Assembly (NCBI GenBank): GCA_054661495.1
Contig: BAAFSQ010000305.1
Span: 1-11,720 of the forward strand
DNA from: Zygophlyctis sp. KS116
Taxonomy: Eukaryota; Fungi; Chytridiomycota
Reading direction: 5' to 3'
DNA: 11,720 nt
Shown: piece after piece, positions 1 to 7,562 of the stretch
Position numbering within the stretch: position 1 is the stretch's first letter
How the letters are laid out: each line of letters starts with the position of its first letter
Notes under the pieces: generated by a model
The model's input: the letters and a program-made list of their open reading frames with translations, nothing else
Databases searched by the model: none
Told to the model about the DNA's origin: nothing
Translations under genes and position numbers: made by a program

Positions 1-308
1 CAGAATAATCAGGCAATTATTAATGCGGCTGAAAGAGGAAAAACTGAAATATTCAAACTTTTATTAGCGGATCCAAGAGTGGAACCTGCGGCTCGAGATA
101 ATCAAGCAATAATAAATGCTGCTAAAAGTAGAAATGTAGGCATTTTAAAGCTTTTGTTGGCAGATTCTAGAGTTGATCCTTCAGATCAGAATAATCAGGC
201 AATTATTAATGCGGCTGAAAGAGGAAAAACTGAAATATTCAAACTTTTATTAGCGGATCCAAGTGTGGACCCTGCGGCTCGAGATAATCAAGCAATAATA
301 AATGCTGC
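1..308 (+). repeat. Near-identical direct repeat (1-122 vs 187-308) within the ankyrin gene
   Basis: 120/122 identical by eye (differences at 78 and 84). Offset is 186 bp, exactly two 93-bp ankyrin units. Confidence 0.9.
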
Positions 309-1281
309 CAAATATAGAAACGCTGAAATGGTGGAACTACTAATGTCAGATCCTAGAGTTAATCCTGCAGATCAGGGAAATGAAGCATTTATATATGCAG
401 TTGAAAATGGAAGTTTAGAAATTGTTCACATTTTATTGAAAGATTCCAGAGTAAATCCTGCAGAACTTAATAATCAAGCAATTATAGATGCAGCTAAGGA
501 AGGAGACAAGGGAACAGTTAAACTTCTATTGGCTCATCCTAGAGTTGATCCTGCAGATCAAAATAACCAAGCAATTATTAATGCAGCTTCTACTTGTGAC
601 ACTGAAATCATTAAGATCTTATTAGCTGATTCTAGAATAAATCCTGCAGATCGGAATAATAAGGCAATTATACATGCAGCTAGAGGACACCCCGAAATTC
701 TTAAGATATTGTTATCGGATCCTAGAGTCAATCCTGCAGATCAGGGAAATGAAGCATTTATCTCTGCAGCCTATGCAGGTAACGTGAAAATTGTTAAACT
801 TTTATTGGAAGATTCCAGAGTCAATCCTGCAGATCAGAATAATCAAGCAATTCTAGATGTAGTTAAAGAAGGAAACACGGAACTAGTTAAGCTTCTATTG
901 GCTGATCCAAGAGTCGATCCTGCAGATCAAAACAACCTAGCAATTGTTAGTGCAGTTTATAATTCTGACATTGAAATGCTTAAAATCTTGTTAGCTGATT
1001 CTAGAGTGAATCCTGCAGATCGGAATAATCAAGCAATTATTTCTGCAGCTTCTTTTTGCGATATTGAGGTTATTAAAATCTTATTAGCAGATCCTAGAGT
1101 AAATCCTGGAGATCAAAATAATCAAGCAATAATTGATGCAGCTAAAAGAGGAAAATTGGAAATTGTTAAACTTTTACTTGATTCAGTTTTTAAACCACTA
1201 TTAGCAGCGTGCGAAAAGGGCGATCTGAAGGATATAATCAAGCGATTAGATTATTACTCTTTAGATGATTTGTTAAGTTAG
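1..1281 (+). CDS. Ankyrin-repeat protein, about 13 repeats of 31 aa (5'-truncated by the window)
   Basis: Frame 1 is open from base 1 to TAG 1279-1281, so the GTG at 79 is not the real start. 93-bp periodic repeat with consensus DPRVNPADQNNQAIIxAAxxGxxEIVKLLLA. No introns needed. Confidence 0.9.
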   Translation, partial: QNNQAIINAAERGKTEIFKLLLADPRVEPAARDNQAIINAAKSRNVGILKLLLADSRVDPSDQNNQAIINAAERGKTEIFKLLLADPSVDPAARDNQAIINAAKYRNAEMVELLMSDPRVNPADQGNEAFIYAVENGSLEIVHILLKDSRVNPAELNNQAIIDAAKEGDKGTVKLLLAHPRVDPADQNNQAIINAASTCDTEIIKILLADSRINPADRNNKAIIHAARGHPEILKILLSDPRVNPADQGNEAFISAAYAGNVKIVKLLLEDSRVNPADQNNQAILDVVKEGNTELVKLLLADPRVDPADQNNLAIVSAVYNSDIEMLKILLADSRVNPADRNNQAIISAASFCDIEVIKILLADPRVNPGDQNNQAIIDAAKRGKLEIVKLLLDSVFKPLLAACEKGDLKDIIKRLDYYSLDDLLS

Positions 1282-1681
1282 TATCAAAAAGATTCCTTTA
1301 TAAATTTCTTCACGTTTTCTTTGCCAAAGTATATCGAGATAATTATTATTCATGTCCGAGCTTTTTTGAGACCAACCGAAATATGTAATCTTTACATAGT
1401 ATTTAATGCCCGAGAACCTCAACTCGTTGACAACTTTATCCAATAAAGCTGATCACGGCGTCTTCTGCGTTGATATACTGACAACAATGCGATCTAGATC
1501 AAGTCTTCACATTGAGTAAATACTCTTGTTGCCGCCAATTGATCAAGACGATCAAATATCCTTGTCTTTTTCTGGGCAATTATCCTTTATCAAAATTACT
1601 AATTTCATTGTTTCTTAAATCTTTCGATTTGCAGATCAGATTTATGATCCAAAAGGTAATAAAATAAAAACTGCCCATTGA
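1282..1681 (+). pseudogene. Decayed F-box/ankyrin-family N-terminal fragments
   Basis: 1282-1446 reads ...SLPKYIEIIIIHVRAFLRPTEICNLYIVFN (F-box-like, no ATG). About 1588-1681 reads YQNY*FHCFL, frameshift, FRFADQIYDPKGNKIKTAH*, which aligns with FQYHHFNGFLRIITYADKIYDSSNRKVTRPN of the 9927-10844 gene. Confidence 0.6.
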
Positions 1682-1719
1682 ACCTCTATGAATAATAAGG
1701 AAAGGCTTTTCAAATATAT

Positions 1720-1729
1720 TTTGTCCGAA
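1720..1729 (+). promoter_or_regulatory. TTTGTCCGAA upstream motif (sos7)
   Basis: About 44 nt before ATG 1773. The same motif in the same orientation lies upstream of four other genes in the window. Confidence 0.55.
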
Positions 1730-1772
1730 ACAGTTGAATCGTGTTTAAGTTCGTGTTTAACTGTGTTTTGAG

Positions 1773-3305
1773 ATGACTTTCGGACAAGCTTTAGAAGTAG
1801 GAAAGAGTGAATCGATGAAAGAAGTCTGTGAGCAGTTTTCAGACACTCAATTCTATTTTAAGATGATGAAGGACTCATACGTTTCTAAATACCAAAATCT
1901 ATCCAATGACGAAACCTCTGCAGGCCTTGGGAATACATTTCCAGACCAAGAACGTACAGAACAATTGGATATTCGGTCTCTTCTACTTTCTCAACCTAAA
2001 AATGTTCTGTCCGAACTACAGTTCCATAAGGATTTATTCTCAAAATTGAAATTTAATTATATTGAATCAGAATCTCAGGATAAATTTCTCAAGAGAGTAC
2101 TTGAAATACCTGCATTGTTTGTTGGGGAAGAAGATGTTTTGAATTTACAAGAGAAAATATCTGGGCAAAAGGAAAAACTAAAATCTAAAAAGGATCAGAT
2201 ACATGACAAAAAACAAAAATTAAGTGAATTAATTGAGAATGTGGCAATATGTAACTTTATTAGAACTTATAGCCTAGCGTATGATGATGTTTTAGAGAAG
2301 AAAGAGCAAATTGAAAGATTAGTCACGAGAATCGAACAAGTTGTAAGTTTTAATAGGTATATTTACAAGCAGGAAACGGAATTTGAAAATATTCAAGATG
2401 ATGATGAAGAAATTTCGCATCAACAAGTTCAAGAAACATCAGAGTCTGTTGAGCTAAATGTAAAAAATTCTACTAATCGTTTTATAGAAATTAGAGATTC
2501 AAGAATTACAAAAGGAAATTGAAAAATGGAATGATGTTTTGCAAGACAGAGTAGAAGCTAATTCAGCCCAAGATGAAAAATTACAAGAATTAAAAAACAG
2601 AAAGGGAATAGTTGAAACTCAAGCAGCAGAAGCAATAAGAGCATCTAAATTTAAAAATCCACAGTTTGAAGAATTATGTAAATGGTAATTTTCTAAAAAC
2701 TTATTAAAGGTATACCGAGATTAATTCACTATTGTATAAAACCACAGGAATATCCCAAATAAGAAATGTATCAGACACAGAATTTGAAATTGACTACGAG
2801 TATGAAAGTAAAGTAGTGGCCACTCTCTTTTTAAAAGTTGATCCTGATGCAGATGCACACTTTAAACGTTTAGTGAATGCAAAGGTATTTCCAAGTATAC
2901 TTAAAATTCTAGGTCAAAGGCCTACATTGTCCCATTCAAGATATAGTAATTCATGGGAATTTAACTGTTTCTAAATTGGATGAACTAGTTTCTTTTATAG
3001 TCTCTTGTTCAAAAACAAGAATTTATGAAAACGTATCCCTCGGACAAGAAATTTCTAAACTTTCAGTAAAGTATCCTGGACTTGTTTGGGATCCTGTGAC
3101 TAGACAAATACTCATACACGCCGAGTCATCTGGAAGGGCCTTTGTAATCTCTATTAAACAAGGATATCCTAGCTTAGGATGGCAATCTTTTGAATTTGTA
3201 GGAATTGAACCATCTCAAGGAAATTCAGAGATTGAACTATGGCAAGATAAAATCATGCAGACTCAGGTCAAAACACTTGAAGAGTTAATTTCTCTTTTAG
3301 ACTAG
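1773..3305 (+). CDS. sos7: Kinetochore protein Sos7/Kre28/Zwint family, about 465 aa, 5 introns
   Basis: Motif ELQFHKDLFSKLKFNYIESESQDKFLKRVL, coiled coil and EELCKWY match the fungal Sos7 family. GT-AG introns at 2251-2277, 2343-2369 (or -2372), 2460-2487, 2685-2709 and 2885-2912 join the three + ORFs into one frame (1398 nt). The first two introns are 3n and inferred from splice signals only. Confidence 0.8.
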
Positions 3306-3699
3306 AGTCTTTGCATTGATATGAACCTTTGGCTCTACATGTACAACAGCAGTCAATAACTTTTCAATGACAGCACCCTTCTTTTGAGCAATAATATCAT
3401 TCATTGCTTTTAATTTCATTTCCGTTTCTTTTTCTAGTTTTTCCAGCGAAGAGTCGACTGTTCCTGAATAATCCATTTCAGACTGAGAATATTCCGCCTG
3501 TTTCTTAGCCTTGAGAGCCTCTATTTCCTTGTTGGCTTCAGTTTTTGCATCTTTGAGTTTCTGAACTCGATCTTGGAAATTACTAAAAGAAATTACATTG
3601 ACGTGCTTTCGCTACAATCTTTGCCGCTTCCTTTTCAGCTTCAAGCAGTGTTGCAATTCCCTGTTGAGACTAGTGCATTACAAACTAGAAATTTACCAT
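3297..3699 (-). CDS. VMA10: V-type proton ATPase subunit G, 116 aa, 2 introns
   Basis: Exons 3699-3697 (ATG only), 3669-3597 and 3571-3297; introns 3670-3696 (27 nt) and 3572-3596 (25 nt). Translation MSQQGIATLLEAEKEAAKIVAKARQYRVQKLKDAKTEANKEIE...VEPKVHINAKTLV* is a typical fungal Vma10. Confidence 0.95.
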
Positions 3700-3892
3700 T
3701 TGAACTTTTTTAAATTCAGCGTTAGGGTTTTCACCGTGAAATTTACAATTTAAAGTTTATCATTTCTAGTTTCTTTTACTATACAGATTGACTCTATTTC
3801 AAATCTTGTTTCAAAGAAAATCTAATCATATTTTTGGTTTGTGGAATTGTTTGCAGCTATTACTAAAACAGCAAAATTTACAAAAAAAAGGG

Positions 3893-3965
3893 GGCCGTGT
3901 GGCCAAATGGTTAAGGCGTTGGACTTCTAATCCAAAGATTGCGAGTTCGATCCTCGCCTCGGTCT
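3893..3965 (+). tRNA. tRNA-Arg(UCU), intronless
   Basis: Acceptor GGCCGTG/CTCGGTC (one U-U mismatch); D arm GCC..TGG..GGC; anticodon arm TTGGA-CTTCTAA-TCCAA (TCT at 3926-3928); T arm GCGAG-TTCGATC-CTCGC; no encoded CCA. Confidence 0.95.
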
Positions 3966-3969
3966 TTTT
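3965..3969 (+). terminator. RNA polymerase III oligo-T terminator
   Basis: TTTTT immediately follows the acceptor stem of the tRNA. Confidence 0.7.
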
Positions 3970-4034
3970 ACTATTTGGATTAAGTTTTTGCACTTTAAAT
4001 CAGCCCTAAATTCCTCTTTTAGAATCAGTTTTGA

Positions 4035-5146
4035 ATGCATACTCCAGTGTTGCTGAGACCGGCGATCAATGGCATTACAGAATCGTTAATGCCGAATGCA
4101 GCTTCGTTTATTCTAGATGCAACATTTGGGAATGGGGGATACACAAGACTTTTGTTGGAAAATCCGAATATTACTGTGTTGGCTTTAGATAGAGATCAGG
4201 AAGCAATATCTAGAGCATTCAAATTAAAAAGTGAAATTCAAAATCATAATAGACTGATTCCAATTCATGGCACTTTTTCTCAAATCCCAAAACTATTAAA
4301 ACAGCATTTTCCTGATAAGACGGATCCATTCTTGGATGGGATGGTTTTTGATATAGGTGTATCTTCAAATCAGTTGGATGATCCAAAAAGAGGATTCTCA
4401 TATAAAATAGATGGTCCGTTAGATATGCGAATGTATCAATCAGATGAATATATTAGTGCTGAAACTATTGTTAATAGTAAATTTTGACAAATTAATTTGT
4501 AGATTTCTCACAAGATGAATTGGTTGCAATTATTCAAGAGTTTGGGCAAGATAGGCAAGCTAAAAAAATTGCTAGAGCAATCGTAGTTTATCGTAAAAAG
4601 AGTCACATAAAGACTACGATGCAATTGGCAGATGTAATAAAAGAGGCAGTGTTGGGGAAAAATGGTTCTTGGCTAACAGGTCAAAGACATCCTGCTTTAA
4701 GAACATTTCAAGCATTAAGGATTTATATTAATCAAGAGCTGAAAGAACTTTCGGCTGGTTTATGTGCAGCAGAGATGTGTCTTAAACCTAAAGGAAGAGC
4801 TGCTATTGTTTCTTTTCATTCTTTGGAAGATCGTATTGTTAAAAGATTCTTTCTGCCTACTCCTGTAGGACTACAGGATCAGAATTGGAGAAATAAAGCA
4901 AAATGGACTAAAATGGACACAGAAGAAGATATTTCAAGCTTTGAAGGACAATGGGAAAATCAAGACTTGAGACTCCTTGATTATTCGCATTTGATTCCGA
5001 CAGAGGAGGAGGATCCACTCACACCTTTTCGGGTTTTATCTAGGAAGGTGATCAAACCAACCCAAGAAGAAGTCTTGGAAAATCCTCGTGCACGATCGGC
5101 AAAGCTCAGAATTGCAGAAAGGACAAGCTATGTTTCTTTGGATTAG
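4035..5146 (+). CDS. METTL15: SSU rRNA m4C methyltransferase METTL15/RsmH (MraW), 361 aa, 1 intron
   Basis: Motifs HTPVLL, DATFGNGGYT, LDRD, DIGVSSNQLD..RGFS..DGPLDMRM, HPALRTFQALRIYINQEL, SFHSLEDRIVKRFF and NPRARSAKLR. The 26-nt intron 4477-4502 restores ETIVNNFSQDELVAII. Confidence 0.95.
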
Positions 5147-5234
5147 ACAAGAACAAAATTTCAACACCAAATATGATTATCACTAATAATCCCTAATCAA
5201 ATAAAGAAGCTGTTCAAGGCCATAATCATGCTAT

Positions 5235-7206
5235 CTACAATCCTCCCGTATTTATGTTTACTGCACACCTAACTATTAAGAATAAAAAAAAGTACATCCA
5301 AATACGAGTCTTATAAACCTTAAAAAGCTCGCGAACTAGTTCTCTGAAATCTATACGACTATCCGAAACGAAATAGAATGTGAGCTTACGCCGATCCCTA
5401 ATATAAGTTAAGGAAATGCTTACCATTGATACTCAGTATCAACTATTTCCATCGGTAGTTTACGATCAAGAATTTTTTGTTGACAAGAAGCCATAGCTCT
5501 TTGTTCATCTTCAGACTTTATGAAAAGCATTGAAGTTTCCGAGGGCTGAGCCAGGCGATAAATACACTTTGGAACAATAGCTGTATTTCCGTTGTATAAT
5601 TCAGGCATTTTTGCTTGGATCTTTTCCTTGAATTGAATCAGTTCTTCCATGGAGTTAATTGATGTTTGAACGACTTTACCCAAGTCTTTTCCTCGATCAG
5701 CTTCAACAATAACTAAATCCCCGATTCGCACTTGAAGCCCTTCAGAAACGTAGAAAAAGTCTGTTCTTCCAGCTTTAAATTCCACCACATAAATAGGCCA
5801 ATTGCATGAGACGCTGTTTGGTTCTACAGTGCTAGCTGAAGTGCGATCACTGACACGTGACGAGATTGCCTGTAGATTTTTCCCAGCCTGAGCCCAAGCC
5901 TTGGCTCTGATTTCAGTGTTCTCAAAGTACTCATTGATGCCTTCAAAGGGAGGGCTGACGGAATCACCTGCATCCTTTCGTCGCATTTGGGATACAGAAG
6001 AACTTTGATCATTTAGTGCACCTCTTGCATCCAAAAGAGGAGAGCTTACAGAATGTCTTCTGACGTTAGATTCATAAGGATTTTCCAATTTTAACTCTGA
6101 TCCTCTAATTTATAAAAAAAGTTAGACAATACCTTGACATGTTGAATCTTTGAATGTACTCTGTCATAAGTGATGGAGCATGAGTAAACTTTCTTTGTTC
6201 CCGATAACGCTCGATTTGCTCCTGAGACATCATCACATTTCCATCGTTTACAACAGGGTCCATAACTTCCCCAATATCTCCCCATCCAGGAGCTAGAGCA
6301 GGCTGAGTTGAAGCCCGTCTATGATAAAGAGGAGTAAAACTTGTACGAACTGGTTCATTTGGATTTGGATTCCAAATATCAGAAGTAGGAATTGAAGCTC
6401 TTTGATTTAGAGACAAGGCTGAAAATCCTTCAAAAATATCCCCTTCTTCCCCTTGAGAAGAAGAATCATAAGAAATAGACTTTGATCTTGAAAGAAGACC
6501 TTCAAATTTACTTGCATTTTTGTCTCCATTCATCATATTTGGAGTTAAAAATCCTTTACCATCATTCCCTTTAGAGTCACCAACAATTCCTCCTAGAGAA
6601 TGACCTACAGAGAATGAAAAAGACCGATGTGTCCTTGGTGGAGGGGAATCCAACCCATCTTCTAAAAATTTTGGCAAGAGATTTGGAATCTTTGAGTCTG
6701 GAGACTTTTCTTTTCCCTGTAAAAACTGTGACAAGACTCTATTTTCTGGAGCCCATGCAGGTTCTTGACTAGATGAAGTATTTCTTTGTACAGATTCTAA
6801 CAAGTGATTTGGAGTAGACATTCTTCGAACTCCAAAATTCATTTCATCCGATGAAGTTTTAGCTAATCCTGGAGGTCCGATAGTTTTATTCTGTGCTATA
6901 TTTAGTGATGAAAGCAATGGAGAGCTCTTTTCTGATTTTTTATCAAATCCATTGATGTTTGAATCAGTAGAGTCTATGTGTTCAACATAAATTGTAGGAG
7001 ATCCAGTATCTCCAGTTAGCAGGCTATTTTTTCTTGGAAAGTACTCTTGAGTTGACATTTGATTCTCTTCGAATCTATTTTTGGGTGAATCAGATGGTGG
7101 CGTTGGGAAACCGGCCTCGGGCCCCCTATTTTTAGACTCTGTTTCATTTTTAGACTCTTCTGTAATTAGATTTCTATATATAGATACCACTCTTATCCTG
7201 TTCCAT
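5235..7206 (-). CDS. PSP1: PSP1 C-terminal domain protein (fungal Psp1-like; RicT/YaaT homologous domain), about 620 aa, 4 introns
   Basis: Motifs [31 protein letters not shown] and [41 protein letters not shown] at 7206; introns 7160-7187, 6105-6132, 5398-5423 and 5269-5295 give one 1863-nt frame. Long S/P-rich disordered N-terminus. The start could extend to 7322 (see findings). Confidence 0.9.
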
Positions 7207-7252
7207 TCTATTTCTTCTATAATATATTCACTAGTTTACAATCCTTTTCGCG

Positions 7253-7362
7253 TGCAAGTCAAGCCTGCCGTTGGAAGCGGCGTCCAGCAAAGCGCAATCC
7301 TGCAGCGTGCACAACTACACATGCCTCCGTGCCTTGTAATCTATCGCACGACTAAACTTGCA
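7253..7362 (-). ncRNA. Candidate structured cis-regulatory RNA (four-way junction) in the PSP1 5' leader
   Basis: 60/110 GC in an AT-rich window. Manual fold: P1 7362-7350/7265-7253 (12 of 13 bp), P2 7349-7346/7332-7329, P3 7327-7290, P4 7289-7266. The G-U pairs work only on the minus strand. Confidence 0.55.
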
Positions 7363-7452
7363 GATTCGGTTATCTATTCTACATCAGATCGACTTACAGA
7401 TCATGATCGACTTTGCTTATATGCATTAAACTAAACTCACTTAAAAGTCACA

Positions 7453-7462
7453 TTCGGACAAA
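7453..7462 (-). promoter_or_regulatory. TTTGTCCGAA upstream motif (PSP1 leader)
   Basis: Exact copy of the motif at 1720-1729 and 8449-8458, in sense orientation for PSP1. Confidence 0.5.
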
Positions 7463-7562
7463 TTGGGATTCGAAAAGGAATAACTCAAAGTTGTCGAAAT
7501 TATATTTTTAATAAATCTTGAATTGAAGATATAAATCTGCTCTTCAAACTATAAGTTCCACG

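Noticed and set aside
1-308. Diversity-generating retroelement template/variable repeat pair
   Set aside because: Both differences are at adenines of the first copy, but there are only two, both copies are coding, and no reverse transcriptase is present.
1-1180. CRISPR-like array
   Set aside because: The 93-bp periodicity is in-frame ankyrin coding repeat, without unique spacers or cas genes.
1277-1291. 15-nt GTTAGT..AAG intron that would remove the ankyrin gene's stop
   Set aside because: Far below the 25-28-nt size class seen here, and no branch site.
3788-4009. 73-aa + ORF
   Set aside because: TTG start, runs across the tRNA-Arg gene, no recognisable protein.
1773-7206. Split ORFs read as pseudogenes, programmed frameshifts or an alternative genetic code
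   Set aside because: Every break is resolved by a canonical GT-AG intron of 25-28 nt under the standard code.
7240-7400. Canonical U1 snRNA, 5S rRNA, TPP riboswitch or hammerhead/HDV ribozyme
   Set aside because: No 5' ACUUACCU or Sm site on the folding strand, no UGAGA TPP core, no intact CUGANGA or HDV pseudoknot, and no 5S similarity.
7081-7434. 117-aa + ORF
   Set aside because: TTG start, antisense to the PSP1 CDS and leader, no homology recognised.
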